This document shows, in pieces, positions 35,956 through 48,115 of a stretch of DNA of 64,000 nucleotides; the stretch's first letter is position 1; every line of letters starts with the position of its first letter. Made by a program: the position numbers and the translations under genes. The stretch spans positions 1,612,001 through 1,676,000 of the forward strand of contig NW_026250407.1 in the NCBI RefSeq assembly GCF_024521635.1. Direction: 5' to 3'. This DNA is from Tricharina praecox. Its lineage: Eukaryota. The notes below the pieces were generated by a model. The model searched no databases, was not told the origin of the DNA, and saw only the letters and a program-made list of their open reading frames with translations.

Positions 35956-37109
35956 GTCAAGTTATTCTCTCAACTCGAACACGTCCGGACCGTAGGCGTC
36001 CAAAGTCCTGTGTGGTGCCCTGAGCGTGCTGGGGTGCACGAACAGCCCACCGACAGGGCGAGCCTGGAGGCGATTTACATGCCACCTGTATATTTAAGAA
36101 CATCTACCGCTGCAGAAGAAGTGGACAATATTATCAAGACTTTACACTTCTATATTTGACACGTATATTGACCTGGTACTATACGTGGGACTTTTGTGTT
36201 TGGTACCTACTTGCCTGTGGGTTATGCTGCGGTCCTGCCGATACGTGGAATAACGTGGGCGGTACGACAGGAATATCATGTGGATAGAAAACTGGACGCG
36301 ATAGTGCATATCTGTCCTGTGTCATCTGGAAACACGGTCGCTGCGAGATGAGACAGGGCGACGAAATCTGTTGGCGCTCGTACTAGATATTTAACCTATC
36401 ACTCGACACCTCGAAATTGAGCTCATCAGTCCCATCGATTTATTCTCGCGCTTTTGGAAAATTAATCCCCCAGAATGATCAAGCTACTGCTTAATACTTC
36501 CCGGCCGGTACTTCAGATATCATTCTTTTGACGGTAAGCTTGTATTGAGAACCGATGCGCTAGGCATCGCGAACCCGGCCGTAACGACTTTCATACAAGC
36601 TATGAGATGCGCCACAATCTATGGTGGTTCTGACAAAATCGCTTCATCATAGGCACATAGAGAAAAAAGACAGTGATCAAATGCTCCACGTAAAACCCCG
36701 TTCTACCTTTCCTTCCCGCAGTCAGAAACCGTCACTCGCCATCCCCTCCAGCCGCCAATATCCCCCATTCCGCAGAAACAGCCGCGCGAACGCCAAATTG
36801 AACTATTGCACCGCACATCCTTCTAAATCTACCATGTTATAGCTTCTTCCAGCTGACCCACCTTCATGGGTTTCAACTTACCGGTCTCTTCATGATGTAT
36901 CACCACCGACTGCAAATATATCTCCTCAATCCTAGAAACCACGCAAATTGTGGAAGAAAAAAGCAACGAAAAACAGATGGCAATGTAAAAGTGAAATTGA
37001 ACCGCCTTGAAAAATCGAAAAAGAAAAAGAAAAAAAACCACCGCCCCGGCCCCGGCCCCCAAGCAAAATCAAACGCTGCTCGGCCGCCCCCACCCCCACG
37101 ACGGTACGC

Positions 37110-39479
37110 CTACCTCTGCGCGCTGTCGCCCCGCTTCCCCGCAAGCCTGATACTGGCTCGGGTCCCCCCAACCCTTGCCTTGGCCAGCTTGCCCCCCTTC
37201 GCCGCAGTGCGACCCTTCCCATGTTCGCGAGGAGCCTTCCCTGACGAAGGGGCAGGAGACGCAGGACGGTGAGCGTCCAACGGTGGCTCAGCCTCCTGCG
37301 CCCCTTGCTCCCCTAGGGGTTCCTCCTGCACCGCGCACCCTACTCCAACAGCAGCAGCTCCGCGAGTGTCGGGCTCGTCGTTAGACGTATCCGACATCGA
37401 CTCGGGAGTGCTGGCCTGTGCGAGGCTGGGCAACACGGGTCCCTCCCGTCTCGACGCAATAAAGTCGCCGATATGCCAGGGGTTGAGACCCCGCAGAAGC
37501 CCATCCTTGTCATACCCGTGGCTACGATCGTACGTAGTCCAGCTGGGATGTCTGGAGTAGGGTGCCCATCTGAATGATGGGGACACCGCGGACATGGGAG
37601 TCGGACTCCGGGAGATCCAACGAGCCGGGGACATGGAAGTCCGGGCGTACTGGGAACGGTCGGGAGTGGCATCACAGGGGCTTGCCAGCACATCTGCTGG
37701 AACGAAGTAACCCTCCGCCACATCGACCTCCCCAGTACGGCCTAGGATCTCCAGGACGGCCTCCACTGCAGGGTCACTCATGGTGACGTCAGGCACCATC
37801 TTGTCGTCGTGTACTGCAGCTTCGTCGGCCCTGCAGTCTACCCGTCCCTCGTCAACCTCCTCCGCGGCTTCCCCGAGGTCACAGTCCATCTGCTCCCCAC
37901 CGGCAGCGGACTGCGCCTCGGCCTCAGCATCCAGGACTTCGTCACTGGGAGCTGCCGCCGTGGCGGGCCGCGTGGCTCTTGGAGCCGGAGTCTTCCGGTA
38001 CGACTTCCTCGCCCTTCCCACATTGTCCATGGAATCCCCCCGCCTCTTCCGGAGCTGTCGCTCTGGGCTATCCCACTTCTTTCCTCGGGGGGAATCTGCA
38101 CGGGCGACAGGCGGAAGCCAATACCAGATGTAAGATTGCTCGTACTCTGCATCAGCTTCCGCCTGGCTGTCGGCTGAGATCTCTCTCTCCGCCTGAAATG
38201 AACGCCCGACCGGGGAACGGATGTCCGTGGGGGTGACAGGAGTCGGGATCCCAGATTGTTCCTCGTCTGAGAAATCATCGGAATATTCGGCTGGAGCCGC
38301 GGCGAACTCGGAGGATGCGCTCGGGGGTGTGCTCGGAAAGAAAAACGAATGCTCTAGAGATGCCTCGCGCGCGAGGGAACTCGAGACAGACGGATTCTTG
38401 GGAGACGCACTTCGGCGTGGAGAGCTTGGAACATCTCCTTGACCTGCAGGATCTCTTTGATCAGGCTCTTCGGCCTCTGATTCATCTTCCTCCTCAGCAA
38501 CGCTGAGATTATCATCATCCTCCTCAGCCTATAAAATGTCAGCTCCAGCGCAACACGAGAAAGAACGATTGATACGTACGTCTTCGGTATCACTCGCGAC
38601 CGTAGTCGGGTTACTGGAAAATGGGATAGCAATCGTCTTATTTGCTTCCCCGGGAACGTATCCATCGGTAGAATTGTTGTCTTGAGGGGGGTTGTTATCA
38701 TTCTGGTAATCCTCTTGACTTGCAGGATCTCTCGGATCGAGCTCTTCGTCATCTGATTTATCATTCTCTTCAGCAGTGCTGATATTATCATCCTCCTCAG
38801 CCTATAAAAAGTCAGCTCCAGCGCAACACGAGAAAGAAAGGTTGATACGTACGTCTTCGGCATAAAATTCATCTTCCTCTTCAGTAACGCTAAGAGTATC
38901 ATCATCGTCCTCATCCTATACAAAGTCAGCTCAAGCCCAACACGAGAAAGAACGATTGATACGTACCTCTTCGGCATCATTCATGACCGTAGTCTGATTA
39001 CCGGAATTTGAGAGATCAATGGTCTGATTCGCTTCTTCAGAATAGGATCCATTGGTATTATCGTTATCTTGAGGGGGGTTGTCATCCTGCTGGTCGTCTC
39101 CTTGACTTGCAGGATCTTTCTGATCGAGCTCTTCGTCGTCTAAACCATGGGTAGTCTCAGAATTGTTGTCTTGAGGTGGGTTGTCATCTTGCTGGTCGTC
39201 TCGTTGACTTGCGGGATCTCGCGGACCGAGCTCTTCGTCATCTTCGTCATGATCACTGCTACCGTCGTAATCTGGAGCATCAGACATTTCGACGTCTTCA
39301 TCTTGATCGTCCTCCGCTTCGTCATCATCATCATCATCATCGAAATCGCCTCGTAGCTGTGCGGCTTTAAACGCAGCCAACTTCGCAGCTCGGTCAGCGG
39401 CGGCTTTCTGCTGTGCTGCCAACTTCTTCTTGCCAACGCGCGGCGGTCGCTTGTTGATTTTGTGGGTTAATCGAGCCAT
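37110..39479 (-). CDS. Acidic, low-complexity hypothetical protein (about 738 aa), 4 exons; introns 38966-38916, 38852-38802, 38579-38529
   Basis: Start MARLTHKINKRPPRVGKKK. Removing three 51-nt gtacgt...ctgac...tag introns gives one open frame that runs into ORF 37110-38030. Confidence 0.8.
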
Positions 39480-41224
39480 CGTGTGATTCAAATGAGTAGA
39501 GAAATGTAAGGGGAGAAAAGTGGGGGAAAGGTGAGGGTGGAAGAAGTCGAGACTGGGGAAGAGGTAGCCAAGGTCGGATGACTCGTATCGTGTCGCTAAG
39601 GTTGTTCGCAAAAGCTCAAAGAGTGGGCAAGACAGAAGTTCGAAGTTGTCACAGAGCCGTATGTGAACCAGAAGCGTGGGGAGAAAAGAAAGGAAGAAGG
39701 AGGGGAGAGGGTGAAGGTGGGGTTTTGTGGTATCTGCAGCCTTGGAGCTAGTGATTCTGAAGTGTGCTCCACAGCCTTGCGCGTCCCGGTTTACGGCCCT
39801 TCAAACCTCCCTAACTCGCTGTATGTACTAGGCAGAAAATTAAACTCAGTCTCGGCGGAGGATGCAACATCCAGAGGCTAAACCGAGGGAGTCACTCACG
39901 CCGACTGTGAGTACACATTCCTGCATGAAAGCAGATTGATGTTCCGCAGCTTCTCATGCTGCTTCACCGAATGCAATTGAACGGCCGTGAGTAACCGTTA
40001 CAGGTACAGTATGACGTACTTCACACCGAGATGAGATAGGTAAAACTGCGAACTTGTGCAGCTGCAGCAGTCCTGGGCTGGTGTTTTCAAGAAACGGTTA
40101 CCTGTGCGGCTACTTGCATGCACCCGTTCAATGCATAACACTCCCAACAAATCGGTAATCGGAGCTAAAGCACTACAGAGATCGGCATCAGGCCGAAGGA
40201 TCGGGTTGACGTGGTGGAAGGCCTGGGTGCGACATCTAATATCACTCGTCCCAAACTCTCTCGATCTGCGTCCCTAGTAGATTCCTTGTGTGCCGTTGCA
40301 CATAGGCTGCAGCGAAAGAAACTAAAGATCTCTCTGTCTTTCCTTGTGCACCATTCAAGAGCTAGACTAACTATCCTGGAGGGGAAGCGCACATTCAACA
40401 GGCACGAAATTGAAGTGCCCCGCACGGCCAGCCACCTGACGAAGCGCTCACTGTGGTTGGTGCAAGTGATCCTAAAAGTTCGGCACCATGGATCTAGGTA
40501 AGCCTCCCTGTGTTCTTCCGGACCTGTGCTCACAGAATTGCGGCTGAATCTTCCATTCAGCGCAGCATTTGTAGAGGTGCTCCCGGGTCTGTGTCTTGTA
40601 GCGGCACCACCCCTTACCTAGATCTCTTCATATTGACGCCTGACTCTAGATCATGATCTTGAAAACGTTTTTATCGAACGATTGTGATATCGTCTCCATG
40701 TATCTCACATAGCCGGAGACTGGTGTACGTTCCGAGCTGAACCCGTGGGCAAGGGACAAAGACCGCTTCAAAATCCTGGGCCTCTTCGGAGGCGAGCGAT
40801 GCAGCCAGGACTTTTTAGATTTCCTGTCCACCACTGATGCCGCGGATATTGCCATGATCTACATAGGCCGTATGAAATCAATGCGTGAACTAAAAAAACC
40901 GGATTGTAGGCGGTTCAGGTTTCAGCAGTCCCGGACATGTTCGTGACGCAGTGTCCCCAGTTGGCTCGTCTTTTCTCCGTCACTAGTAGGCGTTGTTCAG
41001 GTCGCTCGACTCCTTCACCAACCACGTATTGTCGAACACCTTGCCGCCGTATGGACAGTAGCCGCGGTAAGCCTCAGTGCTGGGGCGCATTCGACCCCAT
41101 ATTGTCACGTGATGTACTAGCCGACGGGCGTGTTGAGGGTGAATGAAGCCTGCGCAAACCACCCTTCACTACCAAGTGGTATTGAAGTTCCGGCGACTCG
41201 CCGAGGGTACGCACTCCGTATAAA

Positions 41225-42017
41225 TTGTTCGATGACAACCTTTCTTCCTTTCCTCCTCATCTCTCCGGTTCCTATCATAACCCAGATAGCAACGATCGCC
41301 ACTACTTTCTTCCTTTTCGCCAACCCTTTCGCTGTTACCAAAAAGCATTCACGGTGAGAGTCAGCTGCTACTATGCGCTGATCGGTGTTGCACACGACGC
41401 AACAACCGAAGAAATACAGGCAGCTATCGAGCTGGCCTTCGAGGAGGCGGATTCCAACGGGATAAGCGTCAAGACTGTACTTTCACGCAATATTGACCAC
41501 GATGATGATAACCCAGACTGACGCTGCAGCTATAGCTGCGCACGGCCTACAACGTATTGACGAGCCTGCGGCGTCAGGAAAACCACGACCGACGGCATGC
41601 TCATGGATGTAAGTTGCTTGCCCCTGCACATACCTACCTCTTCCCTCGCTGATGGTGTTAGGTACACTGTGCATCTATGAGCCCGTCAAGCGGAAGCCTG
41701 AAGTCGCGCTCATGAAGCCGTGGGTCGGAATGCCTAGCGAGTCGCCAATCGATCGCACAGGCCCCGCACCCAGAATCTCCGAAGGTCCAGACGTCACCCA
41801 ATCGGTCGACGTGTATGAGACCAGCCCACTTCGTGCTCTCTTAGCAGTACGGAGTAGAAGACGGCAGAGGAAAGGTCGTACTTTTCTTCAGCCGCTCTGG
41901 GAAGCTGCGGATACGAAGACGCACGCGGCGAAGGAGAAGCTGGTGTTGGTGGCAGAGGGGACGACCACGGTGGATTCGATCTTGGGACAGATGGGGTGGA
42001 CCATCGGCGCTGAGTGA
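41225..42017 (+). pseudogene. Fragmented gene with a partial J-domain-like segment
   Basis: CYYALIGVAHDATTEEIQAA resembles DnaJ helices I-II, but there is no HPD motif and a stop at 41521. A further coding-like ORF lies at 41652-42017. Confidence 0.35.
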
Positions 42018-42270
42018 AGCGACATTCCATGGCCACTGGTTACGTGGTGAGGTTTTTTACCTTCAGGTTTTCCTCTTAAAAAACATCGTCTTCCTCGCCG
42101 CTGCGCGAGTGGACGAGGTTTTTGCTTTGCTGCTTTGCTGCTGCTATCACAAACAATCGAAGGGTGTGCATTCCCACCTATGTGGGGTGAACCGTCGGTA
42201 CGTGATGGATGGGAAAGGGGGGATCATCCGAGAGGGCCTAAATGACTAGCAATACGATCGTGCGCCTCAA

Positions 42271-42627
42271 CTACCGCTTCCGCTCGGAAGGTAGCAAAGT
42301 CTCCGGCGGTTTGCAGTTCTTGGAGACCATATCAGAATTGTTCGGTGTTAAACATGTTTAGGAGCATGTTCTATCACTGGTTTATAACCATAGATCTAGG
42401 CATGGCCCACCTACCGCTTTCGCTCAGGAGATAGCAATGTCTTCAGCCGTTCGAGGTACATGGAGACGTTATCAGAATCGTTCAGTACAAAAATATTTTA
42501 TGATCATGTTCATTCACTCGTAGATATAGAGATCTAGGCAAGCCTTATCTTCAGCTTCCGCTCGGAAGATAGCAAGATCTGCGGCTAGTTGAGGTACATA
42601 CGGACGGTATCAGAAACGCTCTGTCAG
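42271..42627 (+). repeat. Tandem repeat, 140-bp unit, about 2.5 copies; an inverted diverged copy lies at about 40617-40755
   Basis: Units start at 42271, 42411 and about 42551 (gctt(c/t)cgctc.g.ag.tagcaa...tatcagaa...agatctaggca). The reverse complement of 40617-40710 matches gtacatggagacg.tatca.aatcgttc...atcatg...gagatctagg. Confidence 0.8.
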
Positions 42628-42829
42628 TGCGGTCCCGAGAACACGCGGTATCACTCGGATATATGTGAGGACATCACGGTGCCGAGGTTTTTTGGTGTTT
42701 TCTTCACCGACTCTACTACTTGCTCTCGAGTTCAGTTGCTTCCAACTCACTTTACTTTGTCCTTACTATCCCCTATCTTTACTGTCTTCCCCCACTCAGC
42801 GTCTGTCGATTAATCACTACTCCTCCACT

Positions 42830-43770
42830 ATGACTGCGAAAGAAACCCATCCGGCGACCGAGATGTCGGTGCCCACCAGCGAGATTGCACCGTACGGCTA
42901 CCATTTGCAGCGAATCAATAATAGCCACTGACATCTGAAATTAACTCTAGGGCCAAAGAACAGCAGCCCTCCCTGAACGCGGAAGATTTGCAGTCCACCT
43001 CTGAGCTCATGCGTGATCTAGGTACGTGATTCCCAGTTTTTGATTCATACCGGCGGCCACAGAAGTTGATGTTTATCACCATGTGAACAGATGGCTTCCT
43101 CGCGGCACTTCCGCTCCCCGAGGAGATCGCCTTCAAGCCCCTCATCGTCGACGGTAAGAACGAGGTCGACTTTCCCGAGCCGGAGGTTGTGGGGTTTAAA
43201 TCGGTGATCGACGGTGACGCCGGGGTTTACCAGCGCAGTGACGGTGCAATTCCAACTCAAACTCCCATCAAGGCGACGAACGAGACCAAGAACGGAGCGG
43301 GCAGCAGCGTCAAGTCCGTGATCGACGGTGACGCCGGGGTCCAGCAGCGCAATGATGTTGCAACTCCAACTTCCACCACGACGCCGGTGAAGAACGCGAT
43401 CAAAAATGGAGCTGGCAGCAGCAGTGCTGAGAGGCGCAGGAGGAGGGCTAGCGGTGCGACCGGCTCGGCAGCGGAGAAAGCTGCCAAGATGAAGCAGGCG
43501 CTCGCTGCTAACCGGCCTGCTGAATCGACGCCGAAATCGCTCGCGGTATTGATGCGTCGTGTTATCTCGCTTGACGATAACCTGGATGAGGGGCTGCGCG
43601 CTCGCATGCTGGAGTTGTCGTTTGCTGCTGACAGGGAGGCGGAGAAGGAAGCGCGGCGTGCCGAGATGGCAGAGAAGACTGGTGGTAAGACGAGGATGCC
43701 TGCGCTCGAGGCGGGAGATGGCGGAGAGAAGGTGGATCCTGTCACGCAGTTGGTGCGCAATGGCCGTTAG
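42830..43770 (+). CDS. Hypothetical protein (270 aa), 3 exons; introns 42892-42950 and 43022-43090
   Basis: gtacgg and gtacgt donors, tag/cag acceptors, frame kept. Internal duplication KSVIDGDAGV.QR.D.A.PT...KNGAGSS. Confidence 0.75.
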
Positions 43771-44232
43771 TTTTCTAGGCTTACGCCTTGAACCCCGCCG
43801 CTCATGTCTAAGAGCTGTAGGGCTGCCTTTTCTGAACTGGCTCTCTTCAATTCATCCTTACCATTAGGGGTGAAATAGAATTCTATCCGTCTTCTTCATA
43901 TGCTGTGAATATCGTCAAACAAACTCGCTGATGTCAACTCGACATATGCAAATGCTCGTATTATAGCTCCACTGTCTGGCCGAAAGGTCATCCGCAGACC
44001 TGCTCCGGCGACAAAACCACCTCATCTTCGGCAACCCAATAAAAACCGGTACCAGATCAACAGAAAATCCAAAAAATAACTCCGCAAAAGGCTCCCAGCG
44101 CAAATCAAAATTCGACCCTAGTAAGAACAAACAGGCAAAGCAAACAGGTGAAGAAGACAAGAATCGATGCAACAATCAATGCCAACAGGGTCTGCAGCCC
44201 CATTTCCACCCGGTCTTTCGTGAGAGTTCCGA

Positions 44233-45002
44233 TCAGTGCTTGTTGAAGAAGGTCTTCATCTGCCAGACGTTGACTTCGACCTGGGATTCAGACCCGCTCG
44301 CCCACTTGACGACCCGCCTGTTATACAGTGTATTAGTAACGAACTCGGTAGATAGGGAGGGGGAGGACAGTACCTCTTGTAGCCACCGGCCACGCTGCCC
44401 TTACGACAGTTGATCATGATATCCAGATTGGCCTGTGCAGCCCATCCGCAGCGGACACATGAATGCAACGTGGTGCAGATATCGGTAGCATCACGCCAGG
44501 TGCGATGTAGCAGCTGGCATCCGTTTGGCGAGGGCCACTCCAGACAACACCAGTTGTTCTTGATGCTGTTGAGGTACTCGATGTTCTTCTGGATGCCCTG
44601 CCACCACGGGGAGGCATCGGAAGTCTCGCAGACGTGCCACTCGACGATTTTGTCGGCCCTACCGGATTTGGCGTCGGGCTCCACCGAGGGGGTGTACCGG
44701 ATTCCGACGTGCTCGCCGGGGTCGACGATGGGGATGGAAGCGTTGGGGAAGTGCTTGCGGAGTTCGATGCTCTCCTCGTCCTGCAATTCGAACGGCTTGT
44801 AGTCGAAACCCTCGGGGAGCATAAGAGCGTCATACATTCCCTCAAAGGGAACCATCTCGTTGTAAGCCTTGAGAGCAACTTCGTTGAACTTCGCTTCGTC
44901 GAACGGCTCGGAGGCTTCGCCATCTTCAACAGGGAGGGCGATGGTGGTAGCCACAAAAGCGAGACTGATAAGGGCTAGGAAGAGGTTCTTGAAGTACTTC
45001 AT
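44233..45002 (-). CDS. Secreted Cys-rich preproprotein, paralog B (intron 44373-44318)
   Basis: Signal peptide MKYFKNLFLALISLAFVATTIA, then CETSDASP..WCC..C..ATDIC..SCVRC..C..GGYKR|RVVKWASGSESQVEVNVWQMKTFFNKH*. Confidence 0.88.
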
Positions 45003-45571
45003 TTTAAAATAGATGGTGGGGGTAAGTGTGAGGTTATTGGAAAAGATGGTGTAGATTGTGGGGGGTAAGTGTGAGGTTGTTCAAAAAGGGGATATGGGTT
45101 TGATGAAGATCGTTGATGGTGAAGGGAAGAGGATGGAGTGAAACGGAGCGAGAAAGCTAGAGAGGTTTTATAGAAAGTGTGGGGTGGAAAGTGCCCGCTA
45201 TCAATTCAATTTCACGGTAGCGTTCGCCTGGCTTACCTCTCCGGACTAGCGGCCAACCCATACTATGACTTGAGCCGCAGGTCTTCACGCGATGCGTTGC
45301 GGGAAACTGGGGAAGTACCGGGATCTTTGGGATTCGATCAAGGCAGAGAATCCGATCTCAAACTCCCTCATTGCCTGCCATGGCCACCTCAAAGCAGATG
45401 CGTGCAATGTCAAGCCAGTCTATACACCCTCCCCGGCTAGTTCTATATTGCTCCGGCATTCTTACATTCCTCCATTCCTCCATTCCTACCATTCCCCCAT
45501 ACCATTCACCATCTTTTTCCCGATCTCCAGCTCCTATCAAATACTTTCTCTACCGCATCCAGCTACCTCAA

Positions 45572-45862
45572 ATGCCATCACAAACCATGCCGTGGCGTCC
45601 CAGGAACGGTGTTCTCTACACTGCTCTACCCGTGAGTTCAAGCACCGCGTGGTCGACCGTTTCCATTGGGCCCACTGCTAGTTTATTGACCGGTGATCGT
45701 CTGATAATCGTTGTCACAACTCAGATTGCTTTGGAAATGGCCCCGTTGCCGGAACCCGAGGTGATGGAGGAGCAGGAGGTCAAGAAAAACGATGAGTCGG
45801 GCTTCAAGGGGTCACTTTCTTCTGCCTCCACCTTACAACCTACCTTCCTGTTTCCGAACTGA
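45572..45862 (+). CDS. Possible small spliced hypothetical gene divergent from secreted paralog B
   Basis: ATG after a pyrimidine-rich leader. A gtgagt...ctgat...cag in-frame intron candidate precedes IALEMAPLPEPEVMEEQE. Confidence 0.3.
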   Translation: MPSQTMPWRPRNGVLYTALPVSSSTAWSTVSIGPTASLLTGDRLIIVVTTQIALEMAPLPEPEVMEEQEVKKNDESGFKGSLSSASTLQPTFLFPN

Positions 45863-47229
45863 CAGCTATGTTGTGACTAGATTCCTCAAGCATAGACTTC
45901 GCAAGCTGACAGCATCGACGTCTTGCAAGACGCGTATTCGGAAGCTCGTCTGCCTTGCCTGACACCCCCGCAGAAACGGCGCCGTCGGATCTACTTTGAC
46001 TTTCGAAGAAGATGCGTGTAAACGATGATGGACCTGTTGTTGATGCTTGATATTTCAATGTTCTGCTTCGAGGAGGAATGATACTATGTCCATGACGATT
46101 GGGTTATGCTAGTTTACGGGACGGAGCAAGGGACGCGGCAGTGAGATTTACACTTCACTTGACCATTCCTGAATAACATATCGACAGCCGAATGATTGCT
46201 GTGCTTCAGTCGCATGGTCAAGAACCTGCTATTCGCACCATACTCACCATAGCCTTGGCTTTACAGACCGACCACCAACCAAGCCATTTCCAACGGAAGC
46301 ATTTCACGCGACTCGAATAGCTGGTATGCTAGTAATCTTGCAACGGCGGTTTATGCGTGAAATGAAGGAAGAACGCCCAGTATATACAACCTGAAAACCC
46401 CGCGCACTTCTTCCAGAACCAATGTGCAGAACTGCGTGCAATTTGAGCTTAGAACTGAAAAAGCTCGTCACCGCGGTACCCTTCAACGCCAGATATATCC
46501 ATCGCTGGGCGTGTGATTGGTAGCACGTAAGTTATGTAGAGATGTGCTCTAGACCAACACGCAGCATCGGAATACACAACAATATCGTCAGCCTTTTCTT
46601 CACTTTTTCTAATACGTATCGAGCCCTGGCCCCTGGTTTATCCGCGATCAATCCCCGAAGTCATTGGCACTGACAGTCCCTGTCGATCTTCGCTTCAACT
46701 CGCGTAGCTCAGTATTAAACCCTGCGAGACAGGTCTCCCAGCCTCAACAAGCTTCATCGAACCTCGTACCTCAAAAAGCACCATGGACGCCACAATGTTT
46801 GTTGGCGTAGCCCAGCAACGGAACGGTGAAATGAAGCAAGATGAAGACTTTTGAGGCCATATTCAACCTCGAGGTGAAATCTTATATGGCCCTTTTCTGC
46901 TGCTTTAGACTAACCCGGAGATGCCTAGTGTCGACTCTGTCGGACTCTCCCGCATTCCGAAGAACCCGATCCGGCCAGCCACCATCCTTATCTTATCGAA
47001 TCGATCGCTATGATCTCATTCCACCCCTCTATGCTACATACCAAGGGCACCTCTCATCGTGGTGGTAGCCAACATTTTTCTACGAGCCCGGAAGCATTGA
47101 TCTCCTAAACTCCAGTAGTCACTACTCTCGGGAGAGCGCCATTACTATCGAGGAAACGCAATCGGAATCGTACGCGGAGCCGAGGGAGAACCAGCTGCAA
47201 ACGCCCCGTTAGAGTTCCAAGAAAGTCAC

Positions 47230-48115
47230 TGGAAAAGCTTCGGCGATGCGCTAAGTTCTCCCCTTTTCACTGAGCCTGAAACCCGGACGAAATATCCGAT
47301 AACTTCCTGATTTACCACCTCCTCGATAGCGTTGCGGACACCTACAGACCCAGAGTCGATATCCTCTCCTTCTAACCCGAGGATAAGGTTTCCGTTAACT
47401 CCCTAACTGCCAAACCTATCGAGTACGGACTACGAAACGTCGCTAGTACTTTTCAACGGCAATGTCGAATCGATACCTCGAAAGCACGGAAAAAACGGCA
47501 GAAGCGGGTGGCAGGCCTGGGAATCGTCCGTCCCGTCCGTCCGAGGCTGTGCCCCGGACGAGACGGAATTTGTCGGGCCCGGAATATCAAGGACTATAGG
47601 GCTCCGGGCAAGCCGGAGGACGACTGGGGCCCCATTCGGGCCCGGATATTTTAGCGCTAATACTAGCCTTGGGCGGTGGCGTAGTGACGCAGTGGCATAG
47701 CAGGCAGGAATGAAGCTAAAGAGTTGGCAGCACGGCGATGAGCAGACAGCTAAGGGCGTGGCAGCACGGCGAGAATTAAGGAGTTGACAATGGGTACTCC
47801 CGTATGCGATGGGATGCAAAATTCTCACCGGCCAAAATATTCCGGACAGCCGGCACCGTACACTTAGTAGCCAGCCGCTTCCGCACTAAACATTTTCGGG
47901 CCCCGGGCTTTTTGGACGTGGGACGGAGCCCGACTCGTCCGGCTAAATCCTCGCCCCAGATGGGACGGCGCCGCCGGGCCCCAATAGTCTTCCGCTCGGA
48001 CGGACTATTCTCAGGCCTGGCGGGCGGTGGCCCTACGAGCAACGAGAAGATTCAGGAGGCACCGGTCCAGCATGCTACTTGCCTTTACACATTGCCGCTG
48101 TTTGCCGACTTTTGG
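47230..48115 (+). mobile_element. Ty1/copia gag relic interrupted by MITE C copy 2
   Basis: EISDNFLIYHLLDSVADTYRPRVDILSF*PEDKVSVNSLTAKPIEY fits the copia gag pattern ISD..L...LL.S....Y...V..L. After the MITE, a decayed knuckle CYL..HIAAVC lies at 48073-48108. Confidence 0.5.
47512..48019 (-). mobile_element. hAT-type MITE family C, copy 2 (complete)
   Basis: TIR caggcctgggaatcgtccgtcc / ggacggactattctcaggcctg. TSD gcgggtgg / gcgggcgg (7 of 8). Confidence 0.92.

Noticed and set aside
38354..38980. 208-aa ORF with repeated YVSIVLSRVALELTFYRLRRM
   Set aside because: It is an off-frame read-through of the three duplicated introns. The spliced acidic frame explains the region better.
42271..42627. 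Regularly spaced repeats (also 49190-49800) as a CRISPR array
   Set aside because: Whole units are homologous with no unique spacers, the context is eukaryotic, and there are no cas genes.
47292..47370. FLIYHLLDSVADTYRP as a CorA Mg2+ transporter segment
   Set aside because: No GMN motif or transmembrane helices follow. The downstream zinc-knuckle relic favours copia gag.
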